Below, piece by piece: positions 46,260-56,095 of a DNA stretch of 64,000 nucleotides. The DNA is from Acidimicrobiia bacterium. Its GTDB lineage: Bacteria > Actinomycetota > Acidimicrobiia > Spongiisociales > ZC4RG35. Made by a program: the position numbers and the translations under genes. Each line of letters begins with the position of its first letter. Position 1 is the stretch's first letter. Under the pieces are notes generated by a model. The model ran no database searches. It was not told the origin of the DNA and saw only the letters and a program-made list of their open reading frames with translations. The DNA is taken from the NCBI GenBank assembly GCA_965203555.1, contig CBDBCY010000004.1, positions 2,592,001 through 2,656,000 on the forward strand. The letters run 5' to 3'.

Positions 46260-47510
46260 GTGAAGCAACAGGTTACCGATCCGGATCTCTCTGGCCTACG
46301 GCGCCGATTGCTATACGTTCTCTTCGCCGGCACGACCATGGGATGGGTCGGCTTCATTGCCACCCTGACGGTGGCCACGGTGGCAGCCCGTTCCCTGACC
46401 GGATCAACGGTCTTGGCGGGTATTCCACTGGCGGCCGGGGCTTTGGGACAGGCGTTGGGTACCAACCTGTTCGGGAGGTTGAGCGCCAGCCGCGGTCGTC
46501 GGTTCATCATGCTGATGGGCCCGCCGCTCTCCGCTCTGGGAGCAGCATTGGAAATGGTGGGGGTGGTGGCGGGTCGGTACTGGCTGTTGGTTGCCGGAGC
46601 GGTGTTCGTGGGTGTCGGCCTGGGCTCCCAGCACCTGTCCCGGTACGTCGCCGCCGAGTTGGCTGAGGAACGGCGCCGGGGACTGACGATGGGGATCCTG
46701 GTGTGGTCCGGGGCCATCGGCGCGGTGGTGGGGGCCAATATGGTGGAAGGGGTAGGCCAGATGGTGGAGGGCAGCCTGGGTACGCAGTACGCCGGGGCTT
46801 TTCTGCTGGCGGCAGTGGCGTTTCTTCTCACCTGGTTGCTGTTCTGGTGGGCCCTTCGTCCGGATCCTTCGAGGGTGGCGGTGACCGCCCAAGCGGCGGT
46901 CCCAAGCGGAGGAGGCCGCACGGTGGGCGCGGCGCTGAGACTGCCGGCCGTGCAGGTGGCCATTCTGGCCTTGATTTCAGCCCAAGTGGTGATGGTGACG
47001 GTGATGACGGCCACGCCTCTTCGCATTGAGGACGCGGGGTACGGTCTGAACACAGTCGGAGTGGTGATCTCCACTCACACAGCGGGAATGTTCGTCTTCG
47101 CACCCTTGGTAGGAAAGTTGGTCGACCGCATAGGTTTTCTGCCGGTCCTGGGCATCGGATTATTCGTTACCTGGGTCTCTCTGCTCCTATCGGGGATCGC
47201 CCCGTATGACGGGTACGGGATGTTGAACGCCGGGCTGTTTCTGTTGGGACTGGGTTGGAGCTTTTCCTTCGTGGCAGGTAGTTCCATGTTGTTTGCTGCT
47301 GCTCCGGGTGACATCCGCCAAGTGGTGGAGGGGTGGGCGGATTCGGTGACACACATCATGGTTATGACCGGCAGTGCCGCCGCGGGAGTCCTCATGAGCG
47401 CCATCGGGTTCGGTCTGCTGAACCTGGTGGCGGCTGTGTTCTTGCTGGCAATCCTCTTGCTGGTCTCTATCGCCCCCAGCCTTCGGACCGAGCTTGCGGC
47501 CCGACCATAG
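46260..47510 (+). CDS. MFS transporter, copy 1
   Basis: GRLSASRGRR and G.LVDRIG motifs; GTG start after GGGA. Confidence 0.85.
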   Translation: MKQQVTDPDLSGLRRRLLYVLFAGTTMGWVGFIATLTVATVAARSLTGSTVLAGIPLAAGALGQALGTNLFGRLSASRGRRFIMLMGPPLSALGAALEMVGVVAGRYWLLVAGAVFVGVGLGSQHLSRYVAAELAEERRRGLTMGILVWSGAIGAVVGANMVEGVGQMVEGSLGTQYAGAFLLAAVAFLLTWLLFWWALRPDPSRVAVTAQAAVPSGGGRTVGAALRLPAVQVAILALISAQVVMVTVMTATPLRIEDAGYGLNTVGVVISTHTAGMFVFAPLVGKLVDRIGFLPVLGIGLFVTWVSLLLSGIAPYDGYGMLNAGLFLLGLGWSFSFVAGSSMLFAAAPGDIRQVVEGWADSVTHIMVMTGSAAAGVLMSAIGFGLLNLVAAVFLLAILLLVSIAPSLRTELAARP

Positions 47511-47522
47511 AATCGCAGGGGA

Positions 47523-48767
47523 GTGAAGCGTCAGGTTGCCGATCTCGAGTTCACTGCAGTTCGGCGTCGTTTGGTTTATGTGCTCTTTGCGGGAGCGATG
47601 CTGGGCTGGATTGCATTCGTATCCACCCTCACGGTCGCCACCGTGGCGGCCCGTTCCCTGACGGGGTCGACCACTCTTGCCGGACTTCCCCTGGCAGCCG
47701 GAGCGCTGGGTCAGGCCTTGGGCACCAACCTGCTCGGACGGTTGAGCGCTCGGCGCGGTCGCCGATTCATTATGTTGATCGGACCTCCGGTGTCAGCCAT
47801 AGGCGCCGCATTGGAGTTGGCAGGTGTGGTCTGGGATCGGTATTGGATGTTGGTGGGAGGAGCGGTGTTCGTGGGCATGGGGGTGGGCGCCATCCATCTG
47901 GCCCGGTACGCCGCAGCTGAATTGTCCGACGATCAGAGCCGTGGACGGGCGGTGGGGATCCTGGTTTGGTCGGGTACTGCCGGATCCCTGGTGGGGGCCA
48001 ATCTTGTGGATGGCGTCGGCAAGATTGTGGAGGGCGCGCTGGGCACACCCTACGCCGGCGCATTCCTCCTGGCAGTTGTGGCCTTCCTTCTCTCCTGGCT
48101 CACGTTCTGGATAGCGCTGCGTCCCGATCCCTCGGCAGTGGCAGTGACGGCAGAGGTGGCGCCCACTGCCGGAAGCGGGGGCTCCGTGGGTTCAGCCCTC
48201 ATGCGACCCTCGGTCCAATTGTCCATTCTGGCTTTGCTGTCAGCGCAGGGGGCGATGGTGCTGGTGATGACCGCCACGCCGCTTCGCATCGAAGACGCAG
48301 GGTATGGCCTGAACATCGTGGGAGTGGTCTTTTCTTTCCACGCGGTGGGGATGTTCGCTTTCGCTCCGTTGGTTGGAAAGATCGTCGATCGTATGGGAAA
48401 ACTGCCTGCACTGGGTCTCGGCGCCGTATTGACCTGGACATCGCTGTTTCTCTCCGGGACCGCTCCTTACGAGGGCTATTGGATGCTGAGCGCCGGGCTG
48501 TTTCTTCTGGGGTTGGGTTGGAGTTTTTCCTTTATAGCGGGTAGTTCCATGTTGTTTGCCGCGGCGCCCGCCGATGTCCGCCAGGTTGTGGAGGGATGGG
48601 CGGATTCGGCGATCTGGACGATGGTCATGGTGGGGAGCGTGGTGACGGGAATCCTGATGAACGCTATTGGCTACGGTCTTCTCAACCTGGTGGCGGCGGG
48701 CCCTCCCCTGGTGATTGTCCTGCTGGTACTGGCCACCCCGAGACTGAGAGCGGAACTTGCGGGCTAG
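47523..48767 (+). CDS. MFS transporter, copy 2
   Basis: Collinear paralogue of copy 1. Confidence 0.85.
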   Translation: MKRQVADLEFTAVRRRLVYVLFAGAMLGWIAFVSTLTVATVAARSLTGSTTLAGLPLAAGALGQALGTNLLGRLSARRGRRFIMLIGPPVSAIGAALELAGVVWDRYWMLVGGAVFVGMGVGAIHLARYAAAELSDDQSRGRAVGILVWSGTAGSLVGANLVDGVGKIVEGALGTPYAGAFLLAVVAFLLSWLTFWIALRPDPSAVAVTAEVAPTAGSGGSVGSALMRPSVQLSILALLSAQGAMVLVMTATPLRIEDAGYGLNIVGVVFSFHAVGMFAFAPLVGKIVDRMGKLPALGLGAVLTWTSLFLSGTAPYEGYWMLSAGLFLLGLGWSFSFIAGSSMLFAAAPADVRQVVEGWADSAIWTMVMVGSVVTGILMNAIGYGLLNLVAAGPPLVIVLLVLATPRLRAELAG

Positions 48768-48893
48768 GTTGCCGAGCCGTGTGAACTGCGGAAGCAACCC
48801 GGCCGGTCGAACGGGCATATAGGTGTTCGGGTGGTTCACTTCTCCGAACCGGCCCAGGGATGGCTTTACTGCTTTCGGGATGGATGTGGCTTC

Positions 48894-49046
48894 TCACGCT
48901 GGGTAGCGGGGCAAATTGCCTTGATGCACTCCAGACCGGTTCAGCCTGTGTAGGCAAGGGCCTATCGCTGTCCTATCGACCTCGACCAGTTGCTCCCGGT
49001 ATCGGATGATCAGGCGGAGGAACAAGGGGTGGTGCCGCAGGAACAT
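48894..49046 (-). pseudogene. Possible C-terminal remnant of a VapC45-like PIN toxin
   Basis: 50-codon frame MFLRHHPLFLRLIIRYREQLVEVDRTAIGPCLHRLNRSGVHQGNLPRYPA directly after the antitoxin. Confidence 0.35.
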
Positions 49047-49053
49047 TCCAAGA

Positions 49054-49764
49054 TCAGGCAATCTTGGAATGTCTTACGGCATCGCGGTACTGCTCATCGG
49101 TCAAGCCCCACATTGCCTTTATCGATTCCGTGGGCTCACCGGCTGCTACGGCCTCGACAATGTCATATACGCGGAGTCGGCGCCCCTTGAACGTGGGCTC
49201 TCCCGAGGCGTATTCAGGATCCAACACCACGTGCTCAGCCAAATGAAAGCGAATCACGGTGCCGCCGGCGTCGTATTCGGCTTCCTGCTGGAATCGGCGC
49301 ACTGCCATCGAGGGCAGTACCATCTGTCCCGAACGTATTACGAACCACAACGGCCTATCGAGGTTCGTTTCGTCTTGGACTCGTTGCACCAGTTCGCATC
49401 CTTCGACATCGAGGAAGGGCCTGGCGGTAGCCAGTGGATGTGCCGTTCCGAAAGTTTCCCGGAGGGCCTCAATGGCTGGGCGCATCCGGAAGATGTTGAT
49501 GCCGGCGGTCCTGTACTCTGAAATCAGGCGAGTCTCCACAAACTCGCCCCAGGTAACGATCGTCGATCCCGTCGGTTGATGTCTGACGATGGGTTCATAC
49601 CGTCTGCCAAGCCGTTCGTAGCCATCAATCCAACGCTTCGATGTGCCTCGAGACAGTTCCAGAATCCGGTCGACCTGACCTACTCCGTAGACTTCGCGAT
49701 CAAGCAGCGACGCTACGTTGTCCATGGCGTGATCCTGCCGTTTGCCGTCATTCGTCCCCTTCAC
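49054..49764 (-). CDS. DUF433-domain antitoxin (Rv2018/VapB45-like); start may be ATG 49726
   Basis: N-terminal HTH (Y....V..IL......RW..GY), TWGEFVE, HPLA and LDP...SGEP...G.R motifs. Confidence 0.8.
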   Translation of the reverse strand: MKGTNDGKRQDHAMDNVASLLDREVYGVGQVDRILELSRGTSKRWIDGYERLGRRYEPIVRHQPTGSTIVTWGEFVETRLISEYRTAGINIFRMRPAIEALRETFGTAHPLATARPFLDVEGCELVQRVQDETNLDRPLWFVIRSGQMVLPSMAVRRFQQEAEYDAGGTVIRFHLAEHVVLDPEYASGEPTFKGRRLRVYDIVEAVAAGEPTESIKAMWGLTDEQYRDAVRHSKIA

Positions 49765-49838
49765 AGTTCATGTGATGAGGATGCTAACCGACAACTGTCC
49801 CGCCGCCCGGCCGGCCTGGCATGGGTCCCTTCAGCAAT

Positions 49839-49880
49839 TGTCCGGGTGAAGGTTACGGCTGTCCGGGTGAAGGTTACGGC
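49839..49880. repeat. Perfect 21-bp tandem duplication
   Basis: TGTCCGGGTGAAGGTTACGGC x2. Confidence 0.9.
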
Positions 49881-49951
49881 GCCGCCGTCCTTGGCGCCCG
49901 GTCGCCCGGTCATGGGAGTTTTTGCAGTGCTACCGGTTGAGACGCCTCCCT

Positions 49952-50644
49952 CTAATCGGATCGGGCTCGACTTGTGGACAGACGATATCCCCACCAGATA
50001 AGAGAAGCGGCGGCGAGCAGGGAGACCGAGAAGGCGGAGGACTCGTTGAGAAAGCCCAGGATGGTGCCCCCGGCGGCGGCTGCCAGGACTCCCGCCACAA
50101 TGGCCAGGTTCGCCAACGCCCGCCTCCGATTGGACTTGCGGAACCGGACGGCCCCCCACAGAGCGGCCGTCACCAGCACCAGGGTTCCCATGCCTCCGGC
50201 AATCGCCGCCAGCAGACGGGGACCGAACCCCGCCTCGGCAATGGACGGGAAGATGTCGGAGGGAATTCCACCCTCGGGCAGGGCTCGATGAAATGGCGTG
50301 ACGCTCACCAGCGTGGTCGCAATGGCGGAGAAGCCGAACAGACCCACCGTCATAATGTGCCCTGCTCTGCGGCCCACCGAGAGAAAGACCGATCCCAGCG
50401 CCAGGAACGGGATGTTGAGAACTGCGCCGAACAGGAAGAAAACCCGGTAGTTGAACCCGTGCCATCCCCATCCCAGGGCAGAGAACAAAGCCCAAACGGC
50501 CAGTGAGAACATGGCCATTCCCGCCGTGTAGGCTGACAGGTGCGGTCGCGGGCGCCGGCGCAGGTCACGGGCAAGGTCCAGGGTGGCGGCGGTTGAGACT
50601 ACTGCAGCGGTGACAGCAAAACCCAGGGCGAGGAGATTGCCCAC
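49952..50644 (-). CDS. Conserved hypothetical membrane protein
   Basis: About 7 hydrophobic segments; GW....YR.FFLFGAVLN.P.LALG pattern. Confidence 0.7.
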   Translation of the reverse strand: MGNLLALGFAVTAAVVSTAATLDLARDLRRRPRPHLSAYTAGMAMFSLAVWALFSALGWGWHGFNYRVFFLFGAVLNIPFLALGSVFLSVGRRAGHIMTVGLFGFSAIATTLVSVTPFHRALPEGGIPSDIFPSIAEAGFGPRLLAAIAGGMGTLVLVTAALWGAVRFRKSNRRRALANLAIVAGVLAAAAGGTILGFLNESSAFSVSLLAAASLIWWGYRLSTSRARSD

Positions 50645-50680
50645 GCGGGAGATGCTATCAGGCGAGAAGGAGAATTCTTA

Positions 50681-52414
50681 ATGAGCGGACCAAGGCCCTG
50701 GCCGGGAGTACCGGATGTCACCGTGGAGCGGGACGTTCCAGCTCGGATGCGAGACGGAACCGTTCTTTACGCGGATGTCTATCGTCCGGCGACCGACGCC
50801 CTGCTGCCGGTGCTGCTGATGCGCTCTCCCTACGACAAGCGCAACGCCACCTCGCCCTTTGGCCATGCCCACCCCATCTGGTACGCCTCGCAGGGATACG
50901 TGGTGGTGATCCAGGACTGCAGGGGCAGAGCGACCTCGGAAGGCGAGTTCTATCCCTATCTTTACGAGTCCTCGGACGGGTTTGACACCGTCGAATGGGC
51001 AGCGCGTCTCCCCGGCGTCGACGGCCGGGTGGGTATGTGGGGGTTTTCCTATGTGGGCGCCACCCAGATGCTGGCCGCGGTCCAGCGTCCGCCCAGCCTG
51101 ACTGCCATCGCCCCCGCCTTCACCGCCTCCCAGTACTACGAGGGATGGACCTACAACGGCGGCGCCCTTTCTTTGGCCTTCATCCTCTACTGGGCCAATC
51201 TCCTGGCTTTGGATACTGCCCAGCGAGCCGGCGACCGGTCCGCCTTCGAAGCGCTGGGAACCTCTCTGGCTGAGGCGCCCGGGTGGTATTGGTTCACCCC
51301 TCTTCGGGATTACCCGCCTCTGTCCGACGGATACGCCCCCTGGTTCTACGACTGGCTCGAGCACTGCACCTATGACGACTACTGGAAGAGGTGGTCGATT
51401 GACGAGGACTACAGCCGGATAACCGTTCCCTCCTTGCATGTGGGAGGTTTGTACGACGTGTTCGTCTCCGGCACGGTCCGCAACTTTTCGGGTCTGCGGG
51501 CCGAAGCCGGCGCCGAGACGGCCCGCAGTGGCCAGAAACTGCTGCTGGGACCGTGGACCCACATGCCTTGGAGTCCCCTGGGATCGTCGGAGGGCCGCCC
51601 GCCCGACACGATCGAAATCGACGACTGGCACCTGCGATGGTTCGATCAGATGATCAAGGGAAGGGACACGGGGGTGCTGGACAGTCCGGTCACCGCCCAT
51701 CTGTACAACGGAGGATGGAGGCACTATGACGACTGGCCTCCGTCGGGAGTGGAGTACCAGGACTGGTTCATTCACTCCGCAGGACGGGCGAACTCCAAGT
51801 TTGGAGATGGGGTGCTGAGCCGTCGAGGACCCGGAGAGGAGCCTGCTGATCTGTACGTCTACGATCCGGCCCTTCCCTCGCCCAGCCAGGGCGGTCACTC
51901 TTGTTGTTTCGACACGATCACTCCGATGGGACCCGCTGACCAGCATGCTTCCGAGACGTCCCGTATGGTTCTGGTCTACACCTCCGATCCCCTCCCACGA
52001 GAGATGACGTTGCTGGGAGATGTAGCCGTTACCCTGTGGGCTGCCACCACCGCCGCGGACACCGACTGGACCGCCAGATTGTGTGCAGTGGATGCCGAAG
52101 GCGTCTCCATCAATCTGCAGGAGGGAATCATCCGGGCGCGCTACCGGGAATCGCTGTCCGATCCCACCCCTATCCGGCCTGACCGGGTCTACCAGTACCG
52201 GATCGACCTGGGTCCGGTGGCGGCTGCGGTAAAGGCCGGACACCGGCTGCGACTGGTCTTGGGGAGCTCGGACTTTCCCCAGTGGGACCGTAACATGAAC
52301 ACTGGCGGCCCTCTGTTCGCCGAGCCCTCCAACGCCGGTATGCCCGCCACCCAGACCGTTCTCCACAACCTTTCTCATCCCACCCGTATAACTCTCCCCG
52401 TCCTGGAAGGATAA
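50681..52414 (+). CDS. CocE/NonD family hydrolase
   Basis: MRDG..L.ADVYRP, RSPY, QD.RG, GFSYVG nucleophile and GPWTH motifs. Confidence 0.9.
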   Translation: MSGPRPWPGVPDVTVERDVPARMRDGTVLYADVYRPATDALLPVLLMRSPYDKRNATSPFGHAHPIWYASQGYVVVIQDCRGRATSEGEFYPYLYESSDGFDTVEWAARLPGVDGRVGMWGFSYVGATQMLAAVQRPPSLTAIAPAFTASQYYEGWTYNGGALSLAFILYWANLLALDTAQRAGDRSAFEALGTSLAEAPGWYWFTPLRDYPPLSDGYAPWFYDWLEHCTYDDYWKRWSIDEDYSRITVPSLHVGGLYDVFVSGTVRNFSGLRAEAGAETARSGQKLLLGPWTHMPWSPLGSSEGRPPDTIEIDDWHLRWFDQMIKGRDTGVLDSPVTAHLYNGGWRHYDDWPPSGVEYQDWFIHSAGRANSKFGDGVLSRRGPGEEPADLYVYDPALPSPSQGGHSCCFDTITPMGPADQHASETSRMVLVYTSDPLPREMTLLGDVAVTLWAATTAADTDWTARLCAVDAEGVSINLQEGIIRARYRESLSDPTPIRPDRVYQYRIDLGPVAAAVKAGHRLRLVLGSSDFPQWDRNMNTGGPLFAEPSNAGMPATQTVLHNLSHPTRITLPVLEG

Positions 52415-52415
52415 G

Positions 52416-53267
52416 ATGTCCCGCAGTATCAGGGCCGAAGCCCGCCGACCAGCCCAGGATCAAAGTTCGCGCCCTGGGAACCGAGCCCGCTTTACCGGGA
52501 AAAACGTTTTCGTAACCGGAGCGGGCAGCGGTTTCGGACGCCGTACCGCCGAGCGTTTCGCCTCCGAGGGGGCGGCCAACCTGTACCTGGTGGATCGCCG
52601 CCCCGAACGATTGGAGACCGCGGCGCCCGCCATAGCCGAACTCGGCGCCAACCCGGTCCCGATCTGTGTTGATCTCGGTGAGACCGCCGGATGCGAAGAT
52701 GCGATCGAGCAGGCCCTGGCGGTCGATCCCCGCCTGGACGTGTTGGTCTCCAACGCGGCGGCCTGGGTGCAGGTGCCTTTCATCGAAATGAGCAACGACG
52801 ACTGGCGGCGGGTGATGTCGGTCAATCTCGACGCCTATTTCACCCTTTCCCAGCGGGCCGCCCAGGCAATGAAACAGACCGGTGGCGGGGTGATCCTGTT
52901 CACCTCCTCCATCAGCGCTCTGGGACATGGACGGAACTTCACCGCCTACTGCGTGGCAAAGGCGGCGATCATTTCACTGGCCAAAGCCATCGCCGTAGAA
53001 CTGGCGCCATGGAAGATCCGGGCCAATTGCGTCAGCCCCGGCCCGGCCGACACCCAGCAGTCGGTCGACATCGCCGGGGAGGAACTGATGGACAAGTGGC
53101 GGGCGGAGGGCTTCCCGGTGGTACCCATGAATCGGCTGGCGGCCGTTGACGACATCGCCTCGGCCTTCCTGTATCTGGCCTCCGACGACGCCAGATACGT
53201 AAGCGGAGTCAACCTGGTGGTGGACGGCGCCTACACCGCCCAGGTGTACGACCTTCCCAAGAGCTAG
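52416..53267 (+). CDS. SDR family oxidoreductase
   Basis: TGAGSGFG, NAA, YCVAK and VDG motifs. Confidence 0.9.
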   Translation: MSRSIRAEARRPAQDQSSRPGNRARFTGKNVFVTGAGSGFGRRTAERFASEGAANLYLVDRRPERLETAAPAIAELGANPVPICVDLGETAGCEDAIEQALAVDPRLDVLVSNAAAWVQVPFIEMSNDDWRRVMSVNLDAYFTLSQRAAQAMKQTGGGVILFTSSISALGHGRNFTAYCVAKAAIISLAKAIAVELAPWKIRANCVSPGPADTQQSVDIAGEELMDKWRAEGFPVVPMNRLAAVDDIASAFLYLASDDARYVSGVNLVVDGAYTAQVYDLPKS

Positions 53268-53521
53268 GTGGTTAGTTCCAAGGTTTAGTGGTCGTATGCG
53301 ATAGGGCCCACCTTTTGGGGGTTTAGTACCCGTTGCCGGGTAGATTCTTCTCTCCGTTGGCTTCGAACATCGACCCCAGCTGCACTAGAACACCGTTATT
53401 CACTGTTGTTGTGAAGATTGGCCTTCTAGTGAAAATCGATCAGTGGTATTGAATACGCCGTAACTTTGTGGGCCCTGCGCGTTTTTTTGGGATTGGTGGT
53501 CTGGCTGGTGGGTGGTGGGGT

Positions 53522-53808
53522 TCATGTTAGGAGGAGTGCTCGGGCGGCGTAGTTGTGGTGGTTGGTGAAGCCGTGGGCGGTGCGTCGGAGGGTTTGGATG
53601 AGGTTGTTGATGCCTTCCAGGGGTCCGTTGGAGCGGCGGGCGTGGTGCCAGATGAGGATTTCTTTTGACCAGTTGAGGACGGTGGTGACGGTGTGGTAGT
53701 ACTCGGGTATGTGTCCGGTTTCGTAGAGGGTGACGAACCGTTCGAGGGCCTCGAGCGCGGTGGGGAGGTCTTTGGCCTCGTAGAGGCCGTAGAGTTGTTG
53801 GAGAGCGT
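53522..53808 (-). pseudogene. ISL3 transposase C-terminal part
   Basis: SNGPLEGINN.I..LRR.AHGF.N..NY..R.LL motif. Confidence 0.88.
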
Positions 53809-53949
53809 TGTTGGCGATCACTGAAATTCCCCAGTCTCGATCACTGAAATTCCCCACCCTCTGGGAGCAAATACCCGTTGTTGGGTAGGGCTCTCTCCAA
53901 GCTAGGCGATTGTCATGTCACTAGCTGTGGAGAGGAGCCCTATCCCCTT

Positions 53950-55248
53950 ATGTTGGTACTGGAGGAGTGCGTGGAAGTTCATGCTTTGAGGAGGCGGGGG
54001 TGGTCGATCTCGGCTATTGCTCGTCATTTGGGAAGAGACCGGAAAACGATACGGGCGTATCTGTCGGACGGGCGAGCCCCGGGCGAGCGTGCCCGGGCAG
54101 AGACGGATCTGTTTGATGAGTTCGAGGCGTATGTGCGGCAGCGGTTGTCTGATGATCCGCATGTGTGGGGGTCGGCGCTGTTCGACGAGGTGGTGGCTTT
54201 GGGCTATGAGCAGAGCTATGTGACGTTTGTGCGGAAGGTCCGTCTTCGGGGCCTGCGGCCGTTGTGTGGCGCCTGTGCGGGTACCAGGGGCCGGGCCACG
54301 GCGATTATTGATCATCCACCGGGTGAGGAGTGCCAGTGGGACTGGGTGGAACTACGTGACGCCCCGTGGGGAGCCACCGCTCATGTGCTGGTGGGAGTGC
54401 TGTCGCACTCGGGCCGGTTTCGGGCGTGGATCACGTCCCGCCAGGACCAACCCCATTTGGTGGAGGGTCTCGACCAGGTGTTGAGACGACTGGAGGGTAC
54501 CCCGCGGCGGTGGAGGGTGGATCGGATGGCTACCGTGGTGGCGGCCAGTGGTCGTATCCAGCCGTCGTTCGTTGGGGTAGCCAAACACTACGGGGTGGCT
54601 GTCGATCCGTGCCCACCGCGCCGTCCCCAACGGAAAGGCGTGGTGGAAAAGGCCATCCACTATGTCTCTCAGCGGTGGTGGCGCACCGCAGCGGTGACCA
54701 GCATCGCCGAAGCACAGCACAGCCTGGACAGCTTCTGCCAGACCGTGGGCGATCTTCGCCCACGGCGGGAGAGCACGGTGGGCGAGCTGGCCGATAACGA
54801 GCCTCTCCTCGAGCTTCCTGCGGTGCCTTACCCGGCAGAAGGGATCCTGGAGCGCAGGGTGACATCCAACGGGCTGGTATCGGTACGCGGTAACCGATAC
54901 TCGGTGCCACCAGGGGTGATAGGAACCCAGGTCACCGTCCGTTGGAGGCTCGGTGACCCCACCATCAGCATGTTCTCGGCCAGTGGCCGGCTGGTCGCTA
55001 CCCACCAGCAGGCACCCCGCGGTATGGGACGGGTGGTTCGGCTACCCGAGCACACCGCTGCTTTGGAGAACGTGGTCCTGGCCGAGTTCACCACCAAACC
55101 ACCGTGCAAACCCAAACCCAACCGTCCGCCATCGGACGCGGCTTTGGCTATCGCCGCCGGTATCGGAGACCTGTACACAGAAACGGTGATCGATCTGGAG
55201 GTGTACCAGCGGCACATCGACCAACAAAACCGAAAAGCGGGTCTGTGA
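53950..55248 (+). CDS. istA: IS21 transposase
   Basis: HTH GWSISAIARHLGRDRKT; DDE motifs QWDW, VDRM and KGVVE; NRYSVP. Confidence 0.93.
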   Translation: MLVLEECVEVHALRRRGWSISAIARHLGRDRKTIRAYLSDGRAPGERARAETDLFDEFEAYVRQRLSDDPHVWGSALFDEVVALGYEQSYVTFVRKVRLRGLRPLCGACAGTRGRATAIIDHPPGEECQWDWVELRDAPWGATAHVLVGVLSHSGRFRAWITSRQDQPHLVEGLDQVLRRLEGTPRRWRVDRMATVVAASGRIQPSFVGVAKHYGVAVDPCPPRRPQRKGVVEKAIHYVSQRWWRTAAVTSIAEAQHSLDSFCQTVGDLRPRRESTVGELADNEPLLELPAVPYPAEGILERRVTSNGLVSVRGNRYSVPPGVIGTQVTVRWRLGDPTISMFSASGRLVATHQQAPRGMGRVVRLPEHTAALENVVLAEFTTKPPCKPKPNRPPSDAALAIAAGIGDLYTETVIDLEVYQRHIDQQNRKAGL

Positions 55249-56030
55249 TGAACCAATCGGTGTACCAACAACTACGAGGCCATCTGGCCTACCTCAACCT
55301 ACCCGCCGCGGCCGAGGCGCTCCCCACCCACCTCGAACAGGCACGAACCAACCGTGAAAGCCACACCGAGTTCCTTGAAGGTCTACTTCGAGTAGAAGTA
55401 GAGACCACCGAACAGCGGCGATGGGAAACCCGTCTCAAACTGGCCAACTTCCCCACCCGCTGGAAACTGGAAGACTTCGACTTCACCGCCCAACCCAGCA
55501 TCGACGAGAAACTGGTACGAGAACTCGCCACCGGGGCCTACCTGGCCGACGCCACCAACGTTTTGTTCATCGGACCGCCCGGCGTGGGCAAAACCATGCT
55601 GGCGGTCATCCTGGGCCGCGCCGCGGTAGACACCGGACACAAGGTGTACTACACCACCGCAGCCGACCTGGCGGCGCGGTGCCGCAAAGCCGCCCTACAA
55701 GGACGATGGGCCCAAACGTTGCGGTTCTTCAACACCCCCAAAGTGTTGATCATCGACGAACTGGGCTATCTGCCCATGCCGGCAGAAGACGCCGCCACCC
55801 TGTTCCAGGTCATCTCCAGACGGTACGGAAAAGGGTCGATCATTCTCACCACCAACCTCGGTGTCGCGTCGTGGGGAGAGATCTTCTCCGACCACACCAT
55901 CGCCGCCGCCATGCTCGACCGACTGCTCCACAAAAGCGTGGTGTTCACCATCACCGGCGACAGCTACCGCCTCAGAAGCTACCAAGCCCAAGCCCGAAAA
56001 CACCGACCGAAAGGAGACCTGCTAGCCTAA
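55248..56030 (+). CDS. istB: IS21 AAA+ helper ATPase
   Basis: FDF, GPPGVGKT, IIDELGY and LDRLLH motifs. Confidence 0.95.
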   Translation: MNQSVYQQLRGHLAYLNLPAAAEALPTHLEQARTNRESHTEFLEGLLRVEVETTEQRRWETRLKLANFPTRWKLEDFDFTAQPSIDEKLVRELATGAYLADATNVLFIGPPGVGKTMLAVILGRAAVDTGHKVYYTTAADLAARCRKAALQGRWAQTLRFFNTPKVLIIDELGYLPMPAEDAATLFQVISRRYGKGSIILTTNLGVASWGEIFSDHTIAAAMLDRLLHKSVVFTITGDSYRLRSYQAQARKHRPKGDLLA

Positions 56031-56095
56031 AACCACCCAACCCAGGGTGGGAACTTTCGCTGATCGACTCTGGGGACTTTCGATGATCGTCATCA

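Larger units (their letters stand above)
53809..56095 (+). mobile_element. IS21-family IS
   Basis: TG...CA ends, about 50-bp inverted repeats each with two internal direct repeats; 4-bp target duplication GCGT at 53805-53808 and 56096-56099. Confidence 0.93.

Noticed and set aside
53268-53462. Lower-GC stretch left of ISL3 as a third mobile element
   Set aside because: No matching end or recognisable coding remnant found
53815-53860. Direct repeat CGATCACTGAAATTCCCCA as a possible CRISPR
   Set aside because: Only two copies with no spacer; these are IS21 terminal transposase-binding repeats
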